DNA of 64,000 nucleotides from Hydrolagus affinis (Eukaryota), in contig JAAILG010001616.1 in assembly GCA_012026655.1 (NCBI GenBank), positions 1 through 64,000 on the forward strand, in the 5' to 3' direction. The stretch's first letter is position 1. Each line of letters starts with the position of its first letter. A program made the position numbers and the translations under genes. Shown here piece by piece: positions 22,258-37,486 of this stretch. The notes beneath the pieces were generated by a model. That model saw only the letters and a list, made by a program, of their open reading frames with translations, did no database searches and was not told the DNA's origin.

Positions 22258-25200
22258 CTATCAACAATACACCGTATGAACATCAAAAAAATTACATCTA
22301 CTGTAGATTATCGTGAACATCAATATGTTGAAATTCAATCTAGTTTACTACCTAGGTAATGAAAACAAGTTTAGTGTCTCAAAAATATATATAACTAGCT
22401 CGATATTGTAAATGGAAAAGGCAATACAAAATAAGGCAGTACAAAATTACATTTGTATAGTACCTTTCACGTTGGGAGGATGTCCCAAGAAGCTGGACAA
22501 TCAATGTTTTGGACCTGAACTGGAGCTCAGGGAGGGTGGAGGGCAGGAGCGGAAGGAGGGTGATCGAAGGCATAGTTTAGGAGGAGGGTCTTGAGATGGG
22601 TCTTGAAGGAGGCAAGGAGGAGGGATTGCAGGAGTTCCGTAGGGTGGGTGCAGAATAACTGAAGGTCCCCCCGCCAATTGTGGGGCAGGCGAGGTGGGGG
22701 ATGTGAAGCGGGCTGGAGCCCACTGAGTTGAGGGAGCGGACAGGTTGGTAACAAATACAATTTGCCTACATCAATCCTCTCTCTTTCAAAACAGAGTTGA
22801 CATAATAGATGGCAAGACTTGACCCACATTTTAATCAGCAAATTTAACCACGAATAGCTAAACTTAATAGAAACAGAAAAAATGAAGGTTAAACATATCA
22901 AAGGTATTCAGTCTTGCGCACCCAAGTAGATTGTGCAATGGCACAACCTAAACTCAAGGCTTCAATAAATGAAGCCTTGTTCTTAGTGCTTGCTGTAACT
23001 CAATCTCAACGTTCCAATAACTGCATGAAGTTCAGTCTTGTCTTGCAGATTGACATCACAGAACCCCTTAATTGTGTTACAACAAGCAGTAACAGCTGGC
23101 TGTGAGAGTGCTTTACTCCATTCAAGTTTCTCCATTATTCACAAACTATAATTAGGGGGTAAATCCCACTGATGAAAAAGGTTGCTTACCTCCAGTATCA
23201 AAGCCAAGATGATGTTTTTCTAAAGACACAGTAAAACCCTGAAAAACAAATGTGCAACTCTAAAGACATTGACAAACATAACATGATATATATCTACTGT
23301 TTTTAAAGAATTACATTGAACATTTTAAACACCACCGTTTTATCAAAACATCCACGGTGAAAAAACTATTAGCCCCAAAAGCCAGTCAAGCGACGACTAT
23401 ATATTTAAAACCTTGAAAACACACAAATATTTACACATATTCCCATTTCTGGGAACAATAAAACATTTAGCTTTCAGAACTCAGCCAACAAGATTCACTG
23501 TATCTGTTTAATTGTATTCATTATGCTCAAAAAAGCTTGAAACAAAATAAAATTGGAATCTTTGTACAGAACAGGTATTGGAAATATGGTTTACCTCCTT
23601 TGACCGGTTTGACTTTGCAATGGCCTCTTGACTTAAACGTTCTTGTACCAAAATACGAATTGCCTGGAACCAAATTAAAAAGATGTCAAGGTAATAAAGA
23701 AGAAAATCTAATTTGAGAATAGACGGGTCAGCTGCAAAGTATACTTCTAATCTAACTAAGAACGTTCTGGGTAGTGAGTGGCAAAAGTAACATCTTATCA
23801 TTTGCATAAAATTAATAACAGTTAGGATTAATAAGGAATCAGTTGCACCAATTTCTTTCATGACAGAAGCCAAAGCGCCCTTTGCATTGGGAGTCCCAAA
23901 GTGTTTCACTGGTGTAAAGTGTAGTGACTCTGTTTAGTGGATGAACATAAGCATAAGGAACGAAAACTGGCAATTTTATTATTTTTGTTTTAGAAAGGTT
24001 TTTTTTTGTACAGGAAGAGAGAGAGAAAGCATCACCTTATTTTCAAGTGCCACTGACACATGCTGCTTCTTGCAGTGTTCACACTGGTTAGCAATAAGGC
24101 ACAGGAGACCATGACTGATTTCCCCCCTCCCAAGCCCAGGGGAACGAAGGCCAAATGTAGTGCCTCTATCCTCAATTCTGGTTGAGATCAGCTAACTCAG
24201 CAAAGACCAGGAACTGAACCTCTGACCTGTTGATGTGTGTGGGTTAATGCTACATTAGGTGAGAATTTTACCCTCCAGGCTGTGAGAGTAAAGCTATATT
24301 CACACTTTTAGAAAGGCTTACAATCTATCTTCAAAGTCACAAAAATACATTTCTAACTGCAATAAATTTGTAGATAGTGATAGAAATGGATGCAGTAGTA
24401 ATAAAGAAAATTTGCAACTTAATTAACAATAATCCTTGCATTTGGTACAGCGCTTCTCATGTCTTCTAGATGGCTCTAAAGTGCCTCACAGAATTTTTTT
24501 TTACTGTAAATTCAGTAAATTGTAAATTTACTGAATTTACAATTCAGTGAAGTGAATTGATTCTAAATTTATGAACAAACGCAGCAGCCAATTGTGCACA
24601 GCAGTGTCCCACAAACAGTCGTGGATTGGAAAGACCAATTTGTTATCGTTTTTCTTGAGGAATTATTATCAGGCGTGTGGAATAAGGAAACTTGCCCAAG
24701 GTTTTTCCCTGCCTGGAATCAAATCCAGGTCTCTCGCTTGTAAGACAAATGTTTTAACCACTGAGCTACAGGCAACATTTATAATTATATAAATATACCC
24801 ATTTACGTACAACGTATACTGATCAAATATATTGACATGTATCTTAGAAAGTGTATCTGAGGAAATTTCACAAATTATACTTTACAATTGATCTGTGAAG
24901 TGCTTTCAGATGTCTCCAAGATGTGATAAAATGCTATGTCATACGCAAGGATTAATATTATTATTATAAAGTGTCAATATACATCTTTTGTTAAAATTCC
25001 TCCCCAGTAGGACATGCAATGATACAGAATCTGAACTGTTTTACTCAAATTACGAAAGCCACGCAGGATAATATCCACAATGGCAATACATACCTTCAAC
25101 ATTACCATATAGTCATCATGGCGCTGGATTTGTAAAAGGTTGGCTAATGCCATTACACCAGCTTTAAAGTCAGGGTTGTTAGCTGTAAAAGAGAAAGAAT

Positions 25201-28200
25201 TCAAAATTTTTGTAGGTGAACAGAAAAAAGAAAAAAATCTTCCATTTACTGATCAGCCCACTAACACAACTGAAAAATGTACAATCGACAGACAGACGAC
25301 AGAATGAGGCACAATCTAATGTTGTACAAATAATGTTTGCACATAGCACCCTCTTCAGGTAGTCTACTTCTCTTACAATTCAGAAATTTAGCTGTGACAA
25401 TACAGCTAAGACAATACAATGTGTAAATACCGTACAACAAATTTCAGCAAAACTCACTTTTTTAAAAATACACTAAGTTTCTAGTTTTTTGTCGATTATA
25501 CCAGAATTAACAAAGCAAGTGTTGCTACAATAAATGTTAAACTTCCTACAGCAAATTTTAAAATAAGATTTTGTACCACACTATATGCAGCTTCAGTTAC
25601 TCTAGACTTGCCCAAGCGACTAACCACCCAATTACTCCTAAAATAAGCTCTCCCTGGGTAAATATCCTTGTCATTTAGCAAATAATTCAATACTTACCAT
25701 CCAAATTAACAAGAGGATCTGCACCTTTTGGAGCAATTTTTACACTGGCTGCAGTACAATTCTTGTATTTATCCACTGTATTGGGGGAAAAGGATTCAAA
25801 ATGATTCACTAAATATGCAATAAGTTTGACTATACATTCAAAAATATGTCAACTTAAATAAAAACTACAACCAACTGAGCCATGATGACACACAAGACTT
25901 GAACACATGTCATTAAAAAAAATCCCTCAGAAGGTGCAGAATTCAAGTAGGTTTAAAGATTAGTTTGCTATCCTTTGTGGACATTACAAATAATCAACAA
26001 TATTTAATAAATGATAAAGAAGATGCATACCATTATCTGAATATTCAAGTCTCACAGCCAAGCCCAGAAGCCAGTCAACACTTTCCTGCTTTTCTTCAGC
26101 CTTGAATGGACAGGCTACATCTGCTAGGTACTAAATAAAATATAATAATAATAAATAACAACAATACTTGCATTTGATATAGCGTCTTCGAGATATCTCA
26201 TAGCATTGGAATTTGGAAGATCACCAGCAATTCAGCCGGATTTCCATACAATAGCATTACAGATTCTTAGCTGAATCAAGGTTGCATTTTGATTTTAAAT
26301 AGGACAGTAAATTTATGATGGTGCCTGAAACTTTGAAATGGATAATGTGGATTATCAAATTCAGAAATATCAGCCTGTAAATATATACTATTAAATAATT
26401 TTATATATTATTATATATAAATTGAAAATTACATAGGTCTACCCATCAAGTTAAAGGACAAATTCACTTCACATATGGCTATAAGTCGGTGCTCGATAAG
26501 TATTTATAAAATTAAAAATAAAAAGTTTATTCGAACCATTGTTGACTGTATTTGTCAGTAGTTGGTTACATTACAAGAAAAATACTAAATCAATCAGTTC
26601 TGCGACATTTCACAGAGCAATCTGAAATCACTATTACTCACACTCAAACGGATTCACATCTCTATAATGGAGCATGAAGTGGTGGTGACTCTAATCATTG
26701 CTAAATACATCATCTCAACAAACTAGATGATTTTTGAAGAAACATAGATATTTAACACAAATGTCTCTCTCCAAATTAGTGCTCACCTTTGCAAAGTATT
26801 TTAGCCATTCAACACTGTGTATATTTCTTAGATTGCTTCTCTCTTCAATCTTATAATGTCGTATCTTCTGATCTTCAAGCCACACAATTAAATTTTTAAA
26901 TTCCATGTCATCTAAAGAAAGAATTTTTTTTTAATGCACTTTTATGATATCATGTCTCAAAGCGCTTCAAGGGAAACTGCTGTCAATTGTAGTTGCTGTC
27001 TGCGAAGTCGCAACAGCCGCTTATACCAACAAGGTCCCACAAACAATCAACGAACGAATAATTCAAAGAATAGTTGTCCAGAACATCAGAATAAATTGCT
27101 CTTTTTTTGTACAACTACTGCGAAGGGCTCTTATCTCTCAGCATTTCTGACCTCCAACCACTCCCTTCAGTGCTGGGCCTGAAGCAACAATCTAGTCAAG
27201 AGGTTGAAAATACATCATGGCCAACAAATCCAGACTTACCAAAAGCAGTACCAATTCCCACATTAACAAATTTACCACTTCTTTGTTAAAAAATATTTTA
27301 AATATATTAAGAATAAATTTAAAAGTTTCAAAATATGAAACAAACATAATTCACCTGCAAGAGAGGGAATTTTCCTAGATCACTAAATTGGAGCTATTTC
27401 ACAATCAATAAATTAATTATGGTTGCAAATAACGTGAAGGTCAGACTGTTAACGCTTCAACATTAGGAATTCAGAGACAAAAACAAATTTAAAGCTAATG
27501 TCACAAGCAGAAATATCTCATTAAAGTATCAATAACTATCATTTGCATTGTAGCTTTGGAATGCAACCACTTCATATGTTGATATTGTTTACTTCTAGTG
27601 TTTTACAGCTGAGCGAGGAGATGATATAATGCTTCATCACATTGTCAAAATGTCTCTAAGTACTTCATATGGTTTCACTGTAAATGTTGGGCCTATGAAT
27701 TTGCAGACGAAAGTCCCACAAACAGCCATACACAGTTACATTTACATTGATCAATGATAATGCTTTGACTTCATGTTTTATTGGAACAATTGTGTCCATA
27801 TGGGAAAATTAGTAGAATATATACTTCTTTTCCTCAAGACTTTTCTGTTTGAATGCACTTTTGGTCACCTTTCCTCCCCCAACTTTTTCAATTGCTCCCA
27901 TTCCAAGCTCAGGTTCCCAAGTCAATTCTGTAAACCACTTGGAGGTGACCATTTGTGATGAAAGCGTATATAAATGAATGAGTGTTAAATCTATACAACC
28001 GTCCCTCTAGGCCCTAGAGTCTAGGGATATGGTGGAAGAAAATGTTCAATCTTTTCAAATGCAAATTCTTTTCTGAGGCAATATTTGGGATATATGAGTA
28101 GTTCAGGATGTGGAATGTGAACTGTGTGGACCTTGGTCTTTACTTACGTCTAGCTTTTCCTAGGTTCCTATTACAGACTGACGCCTAGTAATAATCCCTC

Positions 28201-28764
28201 AAAAAATGAATAATAATTTGATCACTCAATCCCACGACTGTTTGTGGGGCGCTGCTGTGCGCCATTGGCTGCCACGTTTCGCCCACAAATATACGGTCAA
28301 TTCACTTGACAGTACATTCTGTGAAGCGTTTTGAGAACACGTCTTCAATTGAAGACGTGAAAAGCGGCTGTATCAAATACAAGTATTATTATTATAATAA
28401 ATATCAAATGCAAAAGATCATTATCAATCACCATGATTCACAAGCCAGGGGTGGGACAGGGGAAGGCAAGTTGGAAAGGGAAGAAAAAAGCCGGCCCCCC
28501 CCACCTCCAACCCTATCCTCTCCCTCCCTCTCTCTCTCTCTTCCACAGGGTGTTGGCGAGACCCACACACGCTGCAGCATCGCCCTCCACCCCCTCCCTC
28601 ACTCCACAGGTTGGGCCTAGGCCGCCCGGTGCCATTACCAGCCTGAAACCCACCCCACCAGCCCCCGCCCCCTCTCGCCTCCCCCACCACCTCCACCCCG
28701 TACCTTTACAGTCAAACGCGCTGCTATTATGATATTCTAAAGCCGTTAGTTTCCTCCGGAACAT
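22103..28764 (-). CDS. RTRAF: RNA transcription, translation and transport factor (C14orf166/CGI-99, tRNA ligase complex subunit); complete, 8 exons, 241 aa
   Basis: Exons 61+125+100+78+89+69+49+155 = 726 nt in frame; MFRRKLTAL...WLEDQKIRHYKIE...DPKTDHRLGKVGR*. Confidence 0.97.
22435..22750 (-). mobile_element. L2-type LINE 3' fragment
   Basis: LASFKTHLKTLL plus the same 3' UTR as other L2 copies. Confidence 0.8.
23190..23238 (-). CDS. RTRAF: RTRAF exon 7 (GFTVSLEKHHLGFDTG)
   Basis: tttcag|...GGAG|gtaagc; 49 nt. Confidence 0.93.
23595..23663 (-). CDS. RTRAF: RTRAF exon 6 (AIRILVQERLSQEAIAKSNRSKE)
   Basis: ttccag|...GAG|gtaaac; 69 nt. Confidence 0.94.
24425..24772 (-). mobile_element. Near full-length tRNA-derived SINE
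   Basis: A box TAGCTCAGTGG, B-box-like GATTTGATTCC, Deu-like core, L2-like tail; homologous to 37187-37486. Confidence 0.85.
25094..25182 (-). CDS. RTRAF: RTRAF exon 5 (ANNPDFKAGVMALANLLQIQRHDDYMVMLK)
   Basis: ttacag|...AAG|gtatgt; 89 nt. Confidence 0.95.
25698..25775 (-). CDS. RTRAF: RTRAF exon 4 (VDKYKNCTAASVKIAPKGADPLVNLD)
   Basis: atacag|...GATG|gtaagt; 78 nt. Confidence 0.9.
26031..26130 (-). CDS. RTRAF: RTRAF exon 3 (YLADVACPF...WLLGLAVRLEYSDN)
   Basis: atttag|...AATG|gtatgc; 100 nt. Confidence 0.94.
26787..26911 (-). CDS. RTRAF: RTRAF exon 2 (DDMEFKNLIVWLEDQKIRHY...YFAK)
   Basis: ctttag|...AAG|gtgagc; 125 nt. Confidence 0.95.
28190..28397 (+). mobile_element. 5'-truncated tRNA/Deu SINE in RTRAF intron 1
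   Basis: GCTGCTGTGCGCCATTGGCTGCCACGTTTCGCCCACAAATATAC...(TAT)n. Confidence 0.8.
28704..28764 (-). CDS. RTRAF: RTRAF exon 1 coding part (MFRRKLTALEYHNSSAFDCK)
   Basis: ATG at 28764; AAAG|gtacgg. Confidence 0.95.
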
Positions 28765-29010
28765 GTTAGCCCCCCGGTGATTGAGTGAGTGTGTGTGTGT
28801 GAGTGGGGGGGGGGGGAGGGGGAGGTAAGAAAAGGTGGTGGGGGGGGGAGGTGCAGTAACGTGGAACCGCCGTCACTCAGCACAGCCGGTACAGCCGAGC
28901 CGCTCCGCAACGTCACGTCAGGTCGGGGGCAACGTGATGCCGTCATCAACGGGAGTGCGTCAGTCAGGCCAGCCGGTGATTGACAACCCTTTGGGCCCCG
29001 CCCCCTCCCA
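28765..29010 (-). promoter_or_regulatory. RTRAF 5' UTR and CpG-rich promoter
   Basis: The only clear CpG-island-like stretch in the window; five CGTCA half-CRE sites and a GC box (CCCCGCCCC, ~28996) just upstream of the ATG. Confidence 0.75.
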
Positions 29011-29484
29011 TAATCATAAAAAACATTACATTTGTAAAATACTCCTCCTTACAAATGATATTGCGCTTTACACGTTTTCCAGACGTCTCAAAGCGCTTCA
29101 CAGAATATACTGTAAAGTGTATATATTTGTGGGCGGATAGAGGAGCTATTATAATTTATTATAATTTCTTAACGTTTTTCTTTACACACACATTTAAAAC
29201 TTAGAATACCTAGAATTGTAACTAAAAGAGATTGGGTAGTAATACAGTTACACAATTTAAAACATCGGATTCTCATATGATTCTTATGGATTGTGTTTCT
29301 GGAGGGGAAACACAAAAATATTGCAATGTGGCCCTTTGGATACTTTTCTAATCTGTCATCCAGGTCTCAGCAACCGGAAGGTTGGACCCCCTTGACATAC
29401 ATGGCACACTGTTCCCTTCACACGTGCTCATAACCTGTCAGTGTGTTGTTGGTGTGTGTGGACGTACATCGATTTTCTTTCCCA

Positions 29485-29760
29485 TGCGTTTAGACTCAGT
29501 TGATAGCATTCTCTCCTCTAAGTTAGAACAATGCAGGTTCCAAGCCTCACATTAGGAATCTGAACTCACACTAGTCTGGGCTGACATTCCGTCCAAAGTG
29601 TTGTTTGATGTGCCGTCCATCAGATGAGATGCTAAACTAAGAACTCATCTGGTTCAGAGAAAAGGGTGGGTAAAGGACAGCATTTATTCCCTGGGTGCCC
29701 GGAAATTCTTGTTGTCAGAAAGAGCTAACATCTGTTCGTGGAGATTATGATATTTTGGGC
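29485..29760 (+). mobile_element. Degenerate SacSINE1-like DeuSINE (5' half)
   Basis: ACTCAGTTGATAGCATTCTCTCCTCT...GGCTGACATTCC...GTGCCGTCCATCAGATGAGATGCTAAAC; related to 63855-64000. Confidence 0.6.
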
Positions 29761-32066
29761 ATATTAATTACTAAGAAAGATGTGTAGGCTATAAACCATA
29801 ACATCTGTAGTTGGGTAGCAAATACAGTCTGCAGGATTGTGAAGTTATCCACCAATTCCTATTTTTAACTTCTGGCACTAATTCTAAATACACATAGATA
29901 GATTTGTAAAAATATATAACCTGTGAAGATAGGATTACATTGTCATAATTTTCCTCCGAACCTTTGCACCACTCATCTAAACCCACACTACACAATGGAT
30001 TAATTGTCATTTACTCTACTTCCAGGAGGACCAAAACATAAAGGTATGCAGCAAACTGTTGCACCCATCATTACCAAATTATAGGATTTTAGATCTGAAA
30101 TTAAGTGATTATAATATTCCTTGCCTATGGTAAAACACTTTTCACATCGAGAGGATGTTTCAAAGTGCTTCACATGATTTATAACAAGCTGAATATCAAA
30201 ACCTCATATGGGCAGGAACGTTTAACATTACGTGGAATGCTTCAGGATAGTTCATTTTAGATGCTCAAGTAACACTTTATAAATCTTTGGATTAATACCA
30301 AACCTTTCCTTCGCCCTTAAATTGGTAAGAAAGTAGAATGCTTTCTACCAAGCATTATTTTAAATTATGTTCCATAACTTCTTCCATGGAGTAGATTGCA
30401 GTAGGCTTTGCAGTGCCCTTTGCAATAAAGCCCAATCTGTCACTTGATACGTCTAACAATGACTGTATTGAGAAATTATTAAAATGTAGGATGAAGAAAG
30501 CATTTAGAAATCCACCAGTCTATCTTCCTAAGGCTGCTTTGGGCTGATTAAAAAAAAAAGCAATTGAGTTGTGTATTTTCAATAAATATCTGAACATTCT
30601 CCCCCTTTTTTGCTTTATTTTAAGTTGTAGGGGTACGTAGGGGGGTGGAAACTTGCTAATGTAGGTGATGGAAATTGGCAATTACCCAGAAATGGGGCCC
30701 GTCATGGAGAATTTTACTCAGTTCAGTCTTTGTACACTAAATGTTTTCTCTGAATCGATGCATGACCAATTCATCGTCAGACTGTTCCTCAAGCTTAAGT
30801 AATAACAAGTTAACCTCCAGAAAAGACCCACCGTAGTAAATGGTGAAGTTGTTTGAGCTCAGTAGGATAGTTATACTTTTTAAAAATATATATTTCACCA
30901 CTAAGGTTTCAAATTTATGGCATTTCCTAATGCACCGCATGCTTCAGTCACTGTACTCTCTTTCTCCTCAGCACTCTTAAGACCAGAAGCATTTATTCCT
31001 GATTCTGATAATGTCACTGTTGCCAATTTGTAGGAAAAAGCTTAAAGACTAAGAAACTGTTTAGGAACTTCATAATCTAGGGTTTGTAAAGGCTGGAATG
31101 GAAACAGATTAAGGAGAGAAACTGCCTTTGGGTTTGTTCATTAATTATAAATCAAAATCCCAAATTAGATAACATAATACTGTACATATTGATGTCTGTG
31201 CCAATTTTATTATATGAAATAGTGTTGCTCAGCCATTCAGTTTTTAAGTTCATGCCTGAACAAATTAAACTTTCAGTGACTTTCTGGTGTTTAGTACATG
31301 TAATAGTTGTTAACTTTTTATACATCCTTTATGTTTAAACAGAATACTGTATTAAAATCTGAACAGGAAAATTATTTTCGCAGTTTAATTTCTTCCCCAA
31401 AGTACTCTGGGAGCATAAGTGTTCACCACCAGATGGCATCTCTTTCAGCTGGAGCCCACAAAGTACAGTAGTTTGAAAGTATATCTTGTAATATTATGTG
31501 TTTGTGTTCTTCCTGCAAGAAATCCTAAAAAATTATATAAGGAATGTCTCTTTCCAAGTGTACCATGCTAAGTATACTGCAAGCTTCAAAGCATTCACTG
31601 TATCTGTCAAGAATTGTGACCTACAATGGACTAGTCTGTGATACTCTCAACCTTCTAAAATTCTTAAATGAGACAAATTGAATCTTGTATTCTATTGCGT
31701 TCTTTTGAGAATCTCTTTGGCGTGTTTGAGATTTGATGGGGGATAGGATGTCCCAATAGACTGCTGGCTGTGTTTGCACCATGCTGGGTGTCTTGGGACC
31801 CTGTTGGCTGGGATTTGCGGGCTGATGGGAGTGGTGGGATGCTGGATGAATGAAAAGCCATTGTCACCACTGTGACACCTCGTCACACACAATTGACAAG
31901 CACCAGCCATCATCACACTAGTCTTGCTAGTGTAGCGCAAAATGTTGCAAAGGATATTATCATCTTTAATATTCACACAGTAGTTTCTAGACAGATGTAT
32001 TAGGAAAGCACACTGTGTACAATACTAGGCAGTTTAAGATATCTAGAATTGAAATAGTTTGAAGGT

Positions 32067-32072
32067 TTTATT
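32067..32072 (-). terminator. Candidate distal GNG2 polyadenylation signal (3' UTR ~1.85 kb)
   Basis: AATAAA on - strand at the end of an apparently repeat-free tract; other AATAAA near 32230 and 32305 are alternatives. Confidence 0.4.
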
Positions 32073-33913
32073 TAAAACTGATACATTATTCACATGGCAT
32101 GAAAATGTGCACGACATCGTACTTCGTTCCAAGGTTCCCTATTCAAAGCTGACAAGGGTGTACAACCAGAAATACAATAACACATTTCTACAATGTACTC
32201 AATTTCAAGAAAATTCACACATCCCTTTTATTCTTGCTGTCATATATAAAGCATTCCTGGCGGACTCAGGCACTACCACTCACTGCTGCCATGAACACAC
32301 GTTTATTACGGAAAAGTTAAGACTCCAATAATCCATAGTCATACATGTCAATCTTTCTCATTTTAGAATGTGAATAATGGCAAAATGTTTTTCAATGTAA
32401 TTGTAGTTTGCTTTGTTTTGACGGTAACCCCACCCCTTCTTGTGCCGGCGTGCACCAATGCAATGGTTAAACCAATGCTGTCTACAGGATCGAAAATGAA
32501 GCAGAGGGCCTGTTTGGCAGTGTAGTGGCAGCGGTAGCACATGCAGATCTAATAAAATTATCAATAGAGTAAAAATACATATCTGAAAATATCAAAAGGG
32601 TTCGTTAAAAGACGGTGAAATAGCCTGAGGTAAAATCGTCTGATCATCCAGGGAGGTTGAGACCTGCTTGCCCATCTGCATATTACACTGGCTAATTAAT
32701 AACCCTTTCTGCTGTTTCAGTCGGATAAAAAAGATACACACAACTATTGCATCAAGAGATTTTTTTTAAAACGAGAGTTCCTAAATGAATATTTTTTTCC
32801 ATCTAAAGTCCAATAAACTAAGAGAAATGCCTTTAGCAGTTGTGTTGTATTTTCAGTACTTTGTATACAAAGGTATTTGCCAAAAAACGGTGATCAAAGC
32901 TTTTCGAACGCTGCCATGTATGTCTATGTACTCTTGTTTGCATGCAGGTTTTGTTTCCAATAAACCATTAGTTTTTTTTAACAATATTTAAGGTGATGTA
33001 AACATCTTATGAATGATTTAATTAATGACAGATATTATATGTTATAGTGTTCACAAGCATTAGTAAGAGAACAGGACCTTCAAGAAATAGGCTGTGCTTC
33101 ATCAGCAGTTAAGATCTGAAATGAAAACCTTAAGGTTTGCATATTTACATCACATGATTTCAAAGCTGCTAAAATAACTCATAAAAAAGGCCAATGAATT
33201 GGAATGTTTTCATGCAGTTCTCTTCTTGTGTAACAAGTATGAGGATCACTAATCACAGCACATGAATTACTAGTACTAGCTGAAATTGTAAGCTACTAAA
33301 CACAAATGTTAGACAAGCACTAATAAGAATCTAAGAAATTACACAATCTGGCAGCTTTTTGTGTTTCGCAAATGACATATCATTAGCCAAATGCTTGTTA
33401 GTAACATTTCTTTTCCTCGCAGTTCAGCTCTCAAAGCAAAGTCCAGCATTTCATTGTGCTACTCTAATGCAAAAAGCACATAACCAAATGTTAAGGTACA
33501 ACACCACAGTAATCTACCTTATTTCAATACTTGTCCATTTAACTTAAATAAAAATTATACTGAACAACGATTACCATTCCAACAAAATTATACAACTCCT
33601 CAGTTATTTACCTTGCTTAGAACAACTGTCATACTTTACACATCAAACGATCAAACATAACTTATGCTCTTTGCAAGAGCAAAAAAGTGACACATTATCT
33701 CTACACTCTTTCATTCTAAGCTGTTTCAGAATCTCTGTTTTCATGATGTAGTTCTTCTGCTTCCTTTCCCGATAAGGTGACAAGATTCCTTAAACATGCA
33801 CATCCCTGTAGCTTCCAGGCTTTGTTAAAAATTCTGCAGACAGGAATGTGTCCACATTGGTAAAATTCTACATCACTGTTCAAAATAGCCTGCTTTTCAG
33901 GCCCATCTGCCTT

Positions 33914-36399
<2,486 letters not shown>

Positions 36400-37186
36400 T
36401 GGACTTCTAGTTGTGATTGTTGATTACACTAGAAATCAAAGCATAAAAGTTATTTGATAAATATGTAAATACACACCAATTATATAAATATGGAACAGTC
36501 TCACAATGCTTATCCATTCAAATCCACCTTACCCATTATGGACACCTTGAAATGTCCTCCTGACTTAAAAGGTGCTATACAAATGTAATTTAATGTTGTT
36601 TGTCTTGCATGTTTATACTGTATCTCCAAATCTACCCTGGATTCTCTCAGAGCCGCCTAGAAACCTTCTCAAATTCTCTTCCCTTTTTTGGGGAAGGTGT
36701 TCATGTTGATTTGATTCCATGGACATCAGCTACCTTTTGATTCCTTGCCCAAGTACCCTCGTGTATGAGCCAGGGACTGAGTGATGGCAGACTGTTAAAC
36801 TATGGGGGCATCATTGGATAATGAACAGGAATGGGAACATTGGTTAATTTTCCACTTCCCGCGTTCAGGAAAACTGAATCCAACTGTAATGTTCCAACTA
36901 CATTCCCAGAGATCAGATAACTGAACGCAGCCTGGGGTCTGACTGAGGTCAACATGGCTTAGCTCCTCATGAGGTGATGGCTTAAAGCAACCTGAGCTGT
37001 GGTTAGAGCACAAAAGCTAATGGTTAGTCTCCTTAACTGATCTGAGCATTCACAATACTGTTTTCCTGTGTTTGTTCCCTTCTGACTCTTTGACCCCAGG
37101 GAGACAACTGCATTGTTACTTTTACTACACTATTTATTTCCAAATACTCTGATGAAATACCAACATGCTCTGGAAATCCATGATCT

Positions 37187-37486
37187 CAGTGGCTCAGTGG
37201 TTAGAGCACTCGTCTTACAAGCGTGAGACCTGTGTTCAAATCCAGGCAGGATGAAACCTTGGGCAAGTTTCCTTACTTCACACGCCTAAAAATAATCTCT
37301 CTAAAAAAAACACTATAATAAATTGGTCATTTCAATCCAGTTTGTGGGACACTGCTGTGCATAATTGGCTGCCACGTTTCACCCATAAATATACAGTCAA
37401 TTCACTTTACAGTATATATTTTGTGAAGCGCATTGAGACGCCTAAAAGAGTGAAGTGCTATATCAAATGCAAAGATTAATATTATA
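37187..37486 (+). mobile_element. Full-length tRNA-derived SINE with Deu-like core and L2-like 3' tail
   Basis: A box TGGCTCAGTGG 37190-37200, B box GTTCAAATCC 37234-37243, core CTGCTGTGCATAATTGGCTGCCACGTTTC, tail GCTATATCAAATGCAA. Confidence 0.88.

Noticed and set aside
28306-29204. Cluster of overlapping Pro/Gly-rich ORFs
   Set aside because: By-products of the GC-rich RTRAF promoter and intron 1; only 28704-28764 is coding.
31823-31918. Imperfect nested hairpin (possible pre-miRNA or MITE relic)
   Set aside because: Large asymmetric bulges and short stems; no recognisable miRNA or TSD.
37187-37255. tRNA-Val gene (A/B boxes, TAC loop); likewise near 62420-62489
   Set aside because: No proper acceptor stem, and it runs directly into the SINE body seen in many copies; it is a SINE head.
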